A stretch of 64,000 bases of DNA from the NCBI GenBank assembly GCA_028534125.1, contig CM052816.1, positions 75,394,001 to 75,458,000 of the forward strand. The letters are read 5' to 3'. The first letter of the stretch is position 1. Each line of letters opens with the position of its first letter. Made by a program: the position numbers and the translations under genes. Of the stretch, positions 12,420 through 25,469 are shown piece after piece. The notes under the pieces were generated by a model. That model was not told the origin of the DNA and did not search any database. It saw only the letters and a program-made list of their open reading frames with translations. The stretch comes from Lama glama (lineage: Eukaryota).

Positions 12420-14300
12420 ACCAAAAGGAACATGGCTTTTCCCTTGATTTTCATGACACTATGCTCCTGATTTTCCTCCTGCTTCTACGCCTAATTTTCT
12501 TTTTCTCTTCTTGAATCAACCATTCTGCCCATCCCTTATATGATCTTCAGATTTTCTCTTCTCATCCCCCTCTACACAATCTTCCCTGGTGATATTACCC
12601 ACTCTCATAGCTCTAACCATTGTCTCTGGGTAACAGCTCTCATCCAGCTCTGTGTCCTGAATATCAGATCTGTACCTAACTATCAATTGAGATCTCAAGT
12701 CATGGGTCCCAAAGTCACCTCAAAATCAACATGTCTCAGACTGAACTTAGCACATCCACTGGACAGCCTTTACTTCCATCTTTCCAAGAGTAGTATGATG
12801 GTGACTGCCTGCCAGGAGTAGCTAGAAATCTTGGCATCACTCACAGCCTCTTTCTCCCTCTCCATCTACATCCAATCTCACACCAACCAAATGTTGTCAT
12901 TTATCTCCTCAGTTCCTTCCGTATGCACTTATTGCTGCCACTGCAGTGTAAGCTACCACTCTGGGCTGGATTCCTTTCACAACTACATCATTGTTATTCT
13001 TGATCCTAGTCTTGCTTTCTCCCATTCATTTGTTCACACTGAAGGCAAACCACTCTCTCCAAATCACAAATCTAAATATGTTATTTCCCTGGTTAACAGC
13101 TTTCAGTTGGTCTACATTTCTGAAAGCCCTCTGTCATCTGGTTCCTTCCTATCTCTCTAACATTTTTTAAAACTTCCTTAAATTAGATGATATAACTTCT
13201 TTGAAATTCTTAACTGCATCATTCTCTCTCCTCCCCTCCTTTCTCTTTCTCCTTCCCTTTCCATCTAATCCAGGAGTTTAATGCCCACATGTATTTCCTT
13301 ACACTTTCTTTACTATTGCATTATCATCTCTCAGACCTCAGTTCGTTTATCCCTTTCTCATGTGAGTCTCCTTCCTGCCCTCTTAAGTCATAGTGGTTTC
13401 TCTTCAGCATGCTGTCATAGGACATTGCATTTTTACTAATATCTCCTGGATCTGTCTGTGTGCCCTACTCCTAAGCAGACACCATACTTCTGTCAATGAA
13501 TGAAAAAATGCTTTTTCCTCTGTCTGAAAATGCACTGCATCCTCCTCCATCTCCCATCCCCACCTTTACCCAGCTAAGTCTTCCTAATCCCTCAACATTC
13601 AGGGAGTGCTCTTCTGAATCCACTATGCTTTCATAGTAATAAATCGTCTTTAATAATGAAAGCCAGATCATATCACTCTTCTGCTCAAGATCTTCCAAAG
13701 ACTCCTCATTTCACTCAGAGTGAAACTGTTAACCAGAGAAATAACAGGTCTAGATTTGTGATTCAAGATCTTTATAATAGCCTACAGTGCCCTACAGGAT
13801 CTACTCCCCTTGCCTCATTATTCCTCTAACTTCATCTTTTAATACTCCTCTTTTCTTTTTTCCAAGCTTAAGTATGCTACCCTTGTAGGGCCATGGCAGT
13901 AGCTGAAGTGCTTTCCCTAGATATCCACGTGACTAACTCCCTTGTCTCCTTCAAACCCTTGCACAAATGCCCCCTTATCAACAGGCCTGCTTAAGCACCC
14001 TATTTTAAGTTGCAATCTCTCCAACTCCTCTGTCTGCACACTCCTAATCCTTTTTCATTGTTGTTGCATTTTAATAGCACTTAATCCCTCCTATCAAATA
14101 ATATAATTAATTCATGATTATTATTCATTGTTTATCTTTTCTCATTAGACTGTAAGTGCCACACAGGTGGATATTTTTATATACTTTGTTCACTCAAGTT
14201 TTCCAGTGCCTTCAATAGTGTCTGGCATAGAAGAGGTGATCAGTAAATATGTTTAAAGGATAAGCCCTGATTGTACTGTATTCAAATTTCCTTCCTTGTC
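12420..14300 (+). mobile_element. Cluster of L2 fragments including an L2a-like 3' end
   Basis: cacctcaaaatcaacatgtc; cagatcatatcactcttctgctcaa; agactgtaag...tagtgtctggcatagaagaggtgatcagtaaatatgttt. Confidence 0.7.
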
Positions 14301-14602
14301 CATCTGCCCATGAACCACCAAACCATGAACTCTTTAAATGCAGGGAGTTTTGCTATTATGTCTATTTACAATATCTAGCACATTTCCTGAAACCAGTGGG
14401 TTCATAATAAATGTTTGCTAAGTGCAAGTATTCATCTCTGACCTCATTACCCCATAGCTTTGCAGGGTTTGCAATCACACCATGCCAAACTAGAATACAA
14501 GTACAAGAATGTTGTTTTTTTAGTGGAACAGTTTCACTATAAATTCTCACAGCATCTGAGATCTCCAAAGATGGCGTCCAATGTGGACCAGTATAGTGAC
14601 TA

Positions 14603-14766
14603 CAGTTGGCCCTCTACATCCTCAGGTTCCACATCCTGGGATGGCTGAATTCATAGATGTGGAAACCACTGACAAGAAGGGCTGCCTTTGCTACTCCATT
14701 TTATATAAGAAACTTGAGTATTCACAGATTTTGATGCCAGTCCCTCGTAGATTCCAGGGACGACTA
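14603..14766 (-). mobile_element. TcMar-Tigger MITE, MER2-like
   Basis: TIR-like ends cagttggccctc... and ...agggacgacta, flanked by TA (14601-14602, 14767-14768); internal ccattttatataagaaacttgag. Confidence 0.75.
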
Positions 14767-14925
14767 TATTTCTCCTGCAGAGTTTCTTTAGAAGTTAAGA
14801 ACTTACCATTGTCTATTTGGCACTTTTCTCCATTCTGTGTCTGTAATTATAGCATTTACTTTAATAAGTTAGAAAACTAAAGGAAATCCTGGGAATTGCG
14901 AGCTTAAAGAATAATATCTTTCCTC

Positions 14926-14957
14926 CTGTGACTTTTTTTTTTTCTTTCCTATCTCAG
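14926..14957 (+). promoter_or_regulatory. 3' splice site of the PLCXD3 last exon
   Basis: ctgtgAc branch-like motif (A at 14931), then a T-rich tract and atctcag. Confidence 0.85.
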
Positions 14958-15111
14958 AGCTCTTCCTGCCATGATGCAGTGGGTCCGCACACAGAAGCCA
15001 GGAGAGAGTGGCATCAACATTGTGACCGCTGACTTTGTAGAACTTGGTGATTTCATCAGCACCGTCATAAAACTCAACTATGTCTTTGAAGAAGGAGAAG
15101 CCAACACTTGA
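14958..15111 (+). CDS. PLCXD3: Terminal coding exon of PI-PLC X domain-containing protein 3 (partial CDS; upstream exons lie outside the window)
   Basis: Polypyrimidine tract and CAG acceptor (AG 14956-14957). After 1 nt completing a split codon, the frame from 14959 reads ALPAMMQWVRTQKPGESGINIVTADFVELGDFISTVIKLNYVFEEGEANT then TGA (15109-15111), matching the PLCXD3 C-terminus as I recall it. Confidence 0.96.
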
Positions 15112-18100
15112 TAGCACCATGTGGCGTGTCCGTGAATAAGATAGAGAAGACTCACTGTATTAGGCGTATTATCTGTAAACACTCTGAACTTCCTATTCCA
15201 CTGAGTCTCTGAGGGGATAAGGGCTGATAGTGGGTGGGAAAAGGGGGAAACCATTTCTTCAGTGATTATTACCATACTCTTCACTACTATAAATATTTCA
15301 TTTCCCATTTGATGAGCAAAACCTACTTCTAGCGTTAGGGATTAAAAAAAAAAGACTAGCACATTTCATTTTGCAGAATTAGTCTTTGTAACGTACAACT
15401 CATGAGTGTTTACTTGATTGCATTTCTGATTTCAACCTAGGGCTCCTACACTGTCTGTATCCTCTAAACGAACCTTTCTGCTCCCTCTCTTGCTCGCTCT
15501 TTTTAATCAGAAGCTGTACGGGACTTAAAATAATTGAATGCCCAACATAACGTGTATTACATTGTTGTACTGAAATTTACTTGTCTTGTGGGACTTGGTA
15601 TAATATTCTGTAGTCTGCAGTCTTGCTAACTTTTGGTCATAGACAATATGCATCAAATCAGTTTCCGTGCATCAGTAATATTGGAGGCCATGATCAGTAA
15701 TTTTTGTGTTATATAAAAACAATAGTGTTTCACAGTATTTCTATTTGAGGCAGCTATAAATATAGAGTAAAAACTTTTGTGGAAGAATTATTAGTGCCAA
15801 CTCCATAGTGAAAAATGGGGGTGAGGGGTGAGGGATGCCATTTAATTCAGAAATCTCTAAATAATATTGTTCCTCAAATGCCCTGTAAATGAAAAATTAT
15901 GACACGTGTGTTAAAAATCAGAAGACTCTGAAAAGAACTCTTAACAAAATTTCTTCTAATAACCTACTGATTAAAAAAGAAAAAGAAGAAGAAAAGAGAA
16001 GGATTGTGCAAACTTTCCTACCAAACTGAGATTTCCAAACATGTAATTCTAAATCCAAGATTTTGAGGAACATGTTTTGAAAAGCTTCAATTTGAGTTTT
16101 TTCACTTGAAATTGAGGAAAAAGGGAAAGAGAGGAATGTTTCTGAAGCTATGTCCGTGAACTCTCAAGGATCCACAAAAAATCTTTAAGAGATTCTTAAA
16201 TACATGTGGTCTGGGCAGACTTGTCAAAATTTGGCACTGCCTCACCACTTCTGGGTTCCATCCTACCCCAAGGACAAGACTGAGGCAGAAGCCAAAGTTT
16301 TACAGGAAGTTTCCGCTGTCCATCATTTGATAGTCCAGGTCCATGAGGAAGAAAAATAGTAATGCAGCTTTGAGCATTACTTCCTCCTTGGTGTCTTTGT
16401 GATAGTTGACAGCTCTAAATAATCTTAAAAGAGCACAGTAACCCATATCTAAATGCCTTACAGGAATATGTGGGGTGTTTATAAAGATCTCTAAAATTTG
16501 CTGATATTCTTACAATTTTAAATTATTTTATCTTCATGTTTGGAAATAATCACACCTCAGTAGTTTCTTGGGAAAATACAGTCCATGGCAGGTGGGGCCA
16601 TAGAAAAAGAAAAGCATGCTCTCAGCTTTTAATGAATTTAAATGTTTGACATGTGGTTTAATCTCTTAGTCCTAGGTAAGAGAGTTGATTCCAAGGTTAT
16701 GTAGGACAAAATTATAAATAATCAAGAGTTGATTACAAGATTATAAATATTCATTATCAAAAAATAGTATTTATTAGCCACTGTGGGGAAGGAAGGAAAT
16801 TGTTTACACTGAAGAGAACATTTCTGAAAAGTGTGTAGGTGTGTGTGGTAGACCAGGTCGCACACGTATACACGCAACAGATATGTTCTGCACTCCAATT
16901 GTGTGTATGTCTCCTCAGACCAAATATACCAATATAGACCCACCCCGTATAGGCAGACACGTACAAATACACACAAACACACACAGACATGGACCTACAC
17001 AGTGACAATTCTTCTTTTCAGGTGAAAACTTTGATAATATTAAGTAATGCAGTTCTGAGACTAAAACCCTTAACAATGTATGAAAAAGAGTTGAGATCTT
17101 TGAAAGTAGAGTAGCTGATCATATTCAAATATTTTTGTAAAAATATTCTAGCTTGAGGCTTAATAATCTACCAATATAGTTTTCTCTCTGCTTACCCTCG
17201 CCTTGCTGTTTTATTGTCTTTCTATCTCTTTCACCTGCTCCTTATGTGCAATTGAATATGAATCCTTTTTAAAGGACTATAGATTATTGAAATTTATGTC
17301 CTGTAAAGTTGCTTTCTGGGCAGGTTTTCTCTGACTATTCATCATTCATCCCTCAGGGGGATCTTTAGCCAAGCACACTTGCAATGACACAAGGATTTAA
17401 CTTATAAATATATAAGAGAACAGATCTTTCCACATATTTATGACAAATGAATAAAATATAGAGGTAACTATGTTGTATTTTCTCAAACTTAGATGCTTTC
17501 TTATGATGTTTGCTTAGACTTAGCTTTGTCATATTTGTCATTTAGGTGCTGGAAAAAAAAAACAAACATGCTGAAGCATTAGACAAATTGTGCAGTTTCT
17601 CAATTGGAGAAAGCTTGTAATTGCTATTAATGATATGCACATAGAGACCTTGCTGGACAAAAGATACTTTCAAGCCAATGTTATAGTTTTCATGTGGACA
17701 TAATAGTACCTGTGAAGCAGGCACTGAGAGTAAATGGACTTGCCTTAATTTCTGAAGGAAGGAACAGGGTAGACGTGAACCAGGGGTCCCCCAGCTAGAG
17801 GAAGTGTTCACTAAGCGGGATTCCTTTGAAAGGGGAATGGAGAGAAGGTGCCTTTGGCTGTCTTCTGTCCACTGGCCCTGCCCTCAAACACACTTAGGGA
17901 GCAGGCTGTGGGCTTCACATAAGGGTGAGGGACTAGTGTTATGCAACCAGTGCTTACCCCCAGCCTAAGCTCCTTTGTCTAAGCTGGGCATTGTATTTCC
18001 AGAGTTAGAGCACAAGGGCTACAAACAGACCCCCAAATGGTAGGAGATACATCTTGGTGCACTTTTTGTTTTGTTTATTTTTTAGGACTTTTCCATCACA

Positions 18101-20100
18101 GGTCCTGCAAGGCAAAAAAAACAAAGTAAGATCCAATTTTTACCCAATCTACAGCAGAAAATCAAAAGAGTGAGTGGGTGAGATGAGGGAAAACATGCAA
18201 AGAATATCATTTTTTACTTTGCTTTCCTGTCTGTAATTTTGAAGGACCAATATCGTGAATACGCCTGCCATTATCCTTTAAGTCTCCCTTATTACTACAC
18301 AATCATAGGAATGCAGAGAATGAGGAGGCATCTTTTAAAAGCCTTAGGTTATTCTATATGATGACCTCAATATTCACTTTCAGCCATACTGGGAAAACTC
18401 ACTTATCATGGAGTGCCACCTAACAGTGAATGTATTAGAGCATAGTGTTTGGTAAGTATGAGCCTGTGTGTGGACACACATGTAAACACGTACATACAGC
18501 ATGCACATCTCACACACATCATTCAAGTTGAAACTATAGACTAATCACTCAACCTGAGTCTAGTGCCATTTTAACTCTTAAAATCAATATCTCCTACGTA
18601 AGTAGGCACAAACATAACTCAAATATTTAAATATTTAAGAGAGGAAAAATCACTAGAAAACCAATGAAAACTGAGACCACAATAAATAAGAAATGCCTAG
18701 CAGGAAAAGCCTAACTACACTGTCAATTACACTTCAAGCTGGAGGATGGACTTAAATTTAAATCGCAGACAAACCAACACGCATCTTCACTTAACGTCAT
18801 TGTAAGTTCTCTGAGGTTCTGACGTGTTTTAGCCAGGGTTACCTGTCCAGGATCTCCCTTATTAGGATTCCAGACTAGAAGAGTTGTCAAGTCTCAGGAA
18901 ATGTACGTTTCCACGAGTGTTTCAGTTCTGCAGTTTTAGTGATCCAATGACAGTCTTCTGACCTTTCTTTGGTTGCTTGCTCATCCAAACGGGAGAGCTC
19001 CACAGGTAGAGTGCTTTCAGTTTGAATTGCTAATAGAAAATAATGCCTATTGTCCCTCAGGACATGCTAAACAAGGTTTTTAAAAGTATTTTATTTTACC
19101 GCACTTTAGTCTTTTCAACTAGATTTCAGTGACATAATGGTGTAAATGCTGTATTTGCCATAACTTATTGGTGGCTCCTGTGTTACATACAGTTTTAAAT
19201 AATGCTCTAAATTGTTTGTTTTCCCAATGATGATAAAATGTTCTGTAGAATTTGTAAAACGTGTTGATTAAGTCTGTTGAAAATTGTGCAATTTTTATTT
19301 GATTTGTGATACTCTTTTGTAGGTATTAGTTCTAAATGTGTATTTGTATGAGTCTGAAGTTTGTGCTTGTGTGTGATATGTGTGTATTAGTGTATTGTGT
19401 CTTATACAAAATCAAACTTATCCTAAAGAAAAAGGGCACATTATGACCAGCCTTAATTCACTGACATTTTTGTTATTGTTGCAATTTCGGATAAAAATTT
19501 TAAAAGAAATTATGTTTTTGTTAAAAATGGCCTTTAAAAAAATCATATGAAGAATGTGCTTTAAAACTTATTTGAGTTTCCACAAGAGAATAGTCCAGCT
19601 TGTGGAACACCCGGTACTCTTTAAGTTTCAAACGTCAATTCATTTATTAACTTCATTAACATGCAAAGAAACTCAGTTCACATTCGTTTCCACCAACAAC
19701 AGAACCAGTGCACTTCTAAAGCTGTTCTTCCAAACGTGGAACCCATTTTGCTGATAAGGATAATTTTTTATGAAAAATTATTTCTCCAAACCATTACTTT
19801 TTAAAAATTGGATCTTCTAAAGAAAGATGAACTGCCTTGGCTCTGTGAGAGTCACTAAAGACTCACCAACATTAGGTGGTACCAATATGGTTCCCTTTGC
19901 AAAAAACTAGGATGCAGCACTCTTAGATTTTTGCTATCTGCCTACGTGCAGTCTGGCAACAGGAAACTAATTACTAATGTGAGGATCTGCACAGGTGGTC
20001 ATGCTCAGAGCAAAACTCTGTAACCTTTGGGCCTGGGATCTTGGTACGAAATATTAATCAATATTCTTCCCACTCTCTCAATTATTTCTTTCCCATATTT

Positions 20101-20287
20101 TAGGGCTGCTAGATAAAATACAGTACACCCAGTGAAATTCCAATTTCAAATAAACAATGAACAAATTTTAGTGTAAGTATTTCCCCAATATTACATGAGA
20201 TATACTTATACTAAAATGTTATTCACTGTTTATCTGAAATCCACACTTAACTGGGTGTGTATGTGGTTTTTTAATCTGGCAACCCTA
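20101..20287 (+). mobile_element. MER53 palindromic hAT-type MITE within the PLCXD3 3' UTR
   Basis: tagggctgctagataaaatacag...taagtatttccccaatattacatgagatatacttatactaaaa...atctggcaacccta; full length and self-complementary. Confidence 0.9.
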
Positions 20288-21495
20288 CCCATCCTGTTTT
20301 TCTGCCTTTCTCAGTGGGGCTACCTATAGGGGGTGGAATCCTACCTCCTTCCTTACTCCTGTGGTAAGATACTTCATGAAAATCAGTAGTCCTGATACCC
20401 TTCAGGAAGGAAAATATGGGCCCATGCCAAGTCCCACAAATACATTGTGAAGGACTAACTCAAATGTAGGTGGAAAAATTAGGCAAGAACCTTCACAAAA
20501 TTAATGGCCATTCACTGGCCTATTGTGAGATCCAGAGTCTCCTTCCCCCCATTAATCCTGTAAGCAACATTCCCCAGTAACTGGAAGAGTCAGAAACACG
20601 CCCCTGGTAAGTGATAGCACCTTCTAACTCAGTACCAGGACCGCTTTTAAATTTTTATTCGTTTTCTTTCAGAGAGGTAACAGATTAATCCATCACTCCT
20701 ATCATGAACAACTTACCACAAATTATTTTTAACCAGATTAGAACTGGTCATTTATGGAATTGTAGAAAACTTGGCATAGAAAGGAACTCTGTCGACTGCT
20801 GGAGGAAGAGCCTGAGCCATAAGCACAGCTCTGTTCATGTCTACTCAGGAGACTGGGTGGAAGTTGGGCAGCAGGTGGGAGAGAGGATACAGCTCCTGAC
20901 AATGAGCTAGCACCTGACAAAGAGACTTGCCAAAGCAAATGGTAACAACCTGCACCTTTTCTGAGGAATTGGAAACCCAAGACGTCCCAAAAGGAGGAAA
21001 AGTGAGATCTAAGGCCAGTTTCTAGAACAGTTTGCAGAGAGCAGGACCATGTTGGAACTCCTAAAATAGAATTTCCAAATATTGTTGTGTCCAACAGTGA
21101 ATCCTTGGCAGAGTCTGAATGTGGATGGAGTTTCAGAACATTTTGGTAGCTACCTCCTCTCTTGAAATTTGTGTAAGGGATAAGAAAATCCAGATCCCTT
21201 AATGGAACATTTCCATCTCACGGCCCCTGCTTTCTCACACTGGTGTTGATTTGCTTCATGTCTAAAGGATGGGAATTTGCAGAGCTGGTGACATTTCTTT
21301 TTTTAGACACCATGAATTCACCAGAGGGAGAGAGATCTGTGCCTTCTCTTTTTAGGATCTGGTCATCGATACTTTAATAAATGTGGTGTAAAGAAAACAC
21401 ATGCCTACAGTTCTGTTCAGCAAATGTGAAATTTTTTTGACGAGATTGTGTTCTTGATGTTAAAAAAAAGTTTCTTCGTATCTAGTGAAAAGCCT

Positions 21496-21501
21496 AATAA
21501 A
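21496..21501 (+). terminator. Probable distal poly(A) signal of PLCXD3
   Basis: AATAAA with a T-rich tract about 20-30 nt downstream; alternatives at 21376-21381 and 21677-21682. Confidence 0.6.
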
Positions 21502-24500
21502 GTCCTGATACCAGTTATCTAATTTTTTTTAATTTCCTATTATCAATGCTTCATTATAACACCAAAGTGGGTCTCTTAAATAGAGCATGACTCAGAACAT
21601 TAGAAAATATCATTCTTTTTTAAAAATATGAATCACCATATTAGGATTCCCTCTGTGAAAGAATGTATTCGCCACCAATAAAGGTAACACCATGAGTGCT
21701 TCCATTACGTCAGAGTTGGGTATCTCTGAAGTCCGATACTTTTAGCTTCTGATATTGCCACAAAGAATGCCAATATCAATAGAGTAATACTATGATAATA
21801 TAGTATATTAATATTATAAAGCACCATCTTGAGGTTAAAAGCTTAAAGTGAAATCCACCTTTTTGTTGAACTCCACTATGTCTAATGCATGAAACATTGT
21901 TTCACAAAACAAACCCTACATGTTGGGTTCAAATCAGTCTTAAAACAAAATGTAAGCATTGTAATAGTAGTATAAAAACCCAGCAAAAAATATGGTCCAA
22001 GATTACTTTTGAGGTTGAACTTGGACATAAATCCCCCAAAAGCTCTACTTGCTATATACACTAGCAGATTCAAAACATTAAAGGCTTGCTATTTATAGAG
22101 CTGTAATGATTTCTAGATTTATGAAAAAATATATATCTGCAAATAATATTCCATGTAAATGTATCTTTGATCTTAATATGACACTGCTATCATTTTATCA
22201 GAGCCATTACTTATTTATTTATTCAGTCATTTAGCAAATATTTGCCAGATCTCTACTATGCAGTAGGCTCCCTGCTAAGCACTACAAAGTGTTCCTAAAG
22301 GTTTCCTTAGGACAATGGATGAGTATACCTCAGGTAGTTTATCACGAGAAATAACAGGTGGCATCCTCTATGGTCCTCTAAACAAGCATAAATTCACTCT
22401 CCTTGCCCCTTTCAAGGCAGTATCTCCAGACAGTAAAACTTTTTGAACACAGTTATTCCTGAAAGGCTGAGAAGAAAGGAACCATTTCTGCAGTAAGTAA
22501 AATGGGAAATAGGTTGGTCACATCATGAAGAGCAGAGTTCCCCCCGTCCCCCGCCGTGATCCCTGTCACCATGCAGAGGACACCACATACAAGCTTGGCT
22601 GCCACACTCCAGCTCTACAGCAGCACAGAGGCTTCCTCCCTTCCCCTTGCTCTCCTCACCTCCAGAGCTTTAGTTTCATCGACAGGAGAGGCTGACCTAG
22701 TAAAGTAAAGCAGATCCCACAAAGTAAAGGAGTGTCTCCTGCACACGAGGTAAAATGGTGATGCTTCCTAGATCAAAGGAGTGCAAATGTCCTCTGGAAC
22801 TGGAGAAAATATTTCTTTATAAGTGGAAGGTAATACTGGGGCATGATGGAGCTTTTCAACACTGGCTCTCGACCTGTGGTTCAGTATTCCTTCAGGAGCT
22901 GGAATAATGGTTGCGCTTGAATTAAGTGGCAAGTGGAATTAACTGAGCCTAAGTGTAACTTACTGGGCATCTTCCATCATCATCCTTCAGTCCTGTGGAT
23001 AGAAATGCTCCTGGAAACATCTGGAGCTTCAGACTAAGGTGAACCACATTAAATTCTAGAAAGTGGGCGTCGGTTCCCTGAGCGAGGAGGAGAGGAGGGT
23101 GGTGGAGAACCCCAATGCTGACAGCTCCCAAGCGCTCCTCGGCAGAACACTTATTCTCCACTCACAGTTTTTCCCTCAGAGGATCATGGAAACTTGACCT
23201 CCTGGGGTTTTACTGAGAAATAATAAAGAAAAGCTCTTTTGCCTCAACACAACTGCTCAGCTGTTTTTTTTAATATAAAATGGGATATAGAATTTTATTT
23301 CATCAACCACCTGTCAAGCTAACCTACTTATAAATTCCAAAATATTTTTTAATCTTTGCATTAATGTTTCTCTCCATGTTCATTCTCAAAAAAACCCAAA
23401 AAAACCAAAAACCACACCAAATTTTGAACAAAGTGCTTTTTCATGGGTTTATGTGTACTTTCACTTTTTGAAAGCAAGTAATAGGCTATGTTAAAACGTT
23501 GCTACTTTTTTTTTTTCCCCCAGTCTGGTTTTTTTTTTAAGGTCAGAGTTACCACTCAATTCAGCCTGTTCTAGAACTAGGTGCTGGGAAGAACACCACC
23601 TTTCTTTCTGGTCACTCTTACTCAACACAGAGTCATCGTCTTTACTATGAAGGAGTACATTTGGGGTTGGAAAAAATAAAACTGACCTTGTAATCTTAGG
23701 TTTCTGCTCAGCTATTACTAAATTGTACTGTTTCAATATGAAAAAGAAATAAGGTACCCACAGACTGGTTTCTATTTTGGCATGGGGAGAAGGCAGAGAT
23801 TAATTTAGAACCAATAACTCTTTTCTCATTAGACTAAAAGATTATGAATCTTTTATTTAAACTTTGAAGGGTAAGAGGCACAGCCTCACTATTTTTATAT
23901 TCCCAGGGTATGGCAGTTATTAAAACATGTTTGGAAATAATGAAAGTGTGACTGGCTCTGACCCAAATGAATGGTGACAAGTGCTGGATAGGAGCTGTGT
24001 ACATGCTCAGCAGTGTTGGATGGTGCTAAGGGTTTACAAAAGTGCCAGGCAGTATCCTCCACCTCTTGTATTCCTTGGAGAAATACTGACAACATTGGGA
24101 GAATTGAGAGGAAAATGCACTGCCTGGTGTTCTCTTCAAACACAGAAAGACCTCTTCTCTTAGCTGAAAATCATCTCCAAATCTTCGAAGAATATTCACC
24201 CAGGGGAACTCGCGTTGCAATGCATCTATTTAAAAGGAGCCAAGAAAGATTACAGGAGGGGATTACAGCTTGAGCTTCAGCAAATCTCTTGTTAAATGTT
24301 CCCATTCCTCATCTACTTGTAGATACAAGTGGGATTGCATGAGTACATTAGCTGAAATTCCCCAGGCTCCTGTTTCCACACAGGAGCTCTGCTCACACAT
24401 CCTTTGGGAAGAATTTCCCCTTCCCCTATAATTTCCTGAGTCCCCAGAAGATGTTTTCTGGTGCTGAGTAAAACTCCATGGCCTCTGGCTACTGGCTGCT

Positions 24501-24773
24501 GCCACTTTCTCATCCCAATGCCCTCTGCAGTCGCCAATCATTGCCCTTTCTCTATCAGGACCGGCAATCTGCCCAGTTGGCTCTGCTTATCCCCAGTTGA
24601 GCATCACTACAGAGAGGCAAAGTCCTAAGGTGCCAAAGGGATGAGTGGTCTGTGACCAAGTGAAGATAGGTGAGCAAATGCTTTCTTTATGTTACATTCT
24701 AACAGATGGACTCTTGTGTTCCGATAGTTACCCCAGATCAGGGCGAGAAGCTCATTCAACTTTTAGATACAGT

Positions 24774-24840
24774 TCTCTCTCTCTCTCTCCCTCTCCCTCT
24801 CTCTCTCTGTCTCTCTGTCTCTCTCTGTCTCTCTCTCTCT
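24774..24840. repeat. Imperfect (CT)n microsatellite
   Basis: Seen directly. Confidence 0.95.
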
Positions 24841-25469
24841 CCCCCCCAGCCCCCCACCCCATTCTCTGTCTCCTATGGGCTTGGAACAAGAACTAATTCC
24901 AATGACAGCCACCATGCTATTCTCAAAATCACTAACCCCCTCTGAGGACCAAGACTTTTTCCCTTGTCAAATTTATCTTCCCAGCTTTTCCTTTTCTCAA
25001 GAAATTATCCTGAGTTTCCTTAGTTCTTGTACAAATAGGCCTCTGATAGGCCCACTTTCCTGATTCTGTGATTTAGACTTATTCTAGGACCAGATACATG
25101 TGGCCTCAAATGACCAGCAGCTTCCGCCAGCAGCCATCTCCCTACAGATGGCAAATGACAAAATTGGGTAGGGGACTTTGTGTCCCAGGGCCCAACTTGT
25201 CTTTACTGGGATTCTTCCTTCCCCTGCCCACCACAAACAAAACCTATTCCCTCACAAAAAAATCTGATGCACTCATTCACAATGAAGTATTAATGGGGCT
25301 GACTACGATGTTTTTCAATTATTTTTGACTTTAAAAAAAAGCATTTACAGAAAAATGAAACTCACAAAGCAGTATACTACAGATGGCTTTCAGAAGGTAA
25401 TCCAATTACTGTGTCCCCTGTCAATGAGTTTTCCTGGGGAGACTTACAGAAATTCCCAGGACTCTCCTG

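Larger units (their letters stand above)
1..14957 (+). other. PLCXD3: 3' part of the last intron of PLCXD3
   Basis: No other PLCXD3-like coding segment upstream in the window; repeat-rich; ends in branch point, polypyrimidine tract and AG. Confidence 0.85.
15112..21520 (+). other. PLCXD3: Long (about 6.4 kb) 3' UTR of PLCXD3; 3' end inferred
   Basis: Follows the stop codon; strikingly poor in L1/L2/MIR compared with its flanks; U/GU-rich blocks; ends at clustered AATAAA signals; consistent with the multi-kb UTR recalled for human PLCXD3. Confidence 0.7.

Noticed and set aside
14869..15308. Minus-strand ORFs over the PLCXD3 exon
   Set aside because: Antisense shadows of the real + strand exon and proximal UTR.
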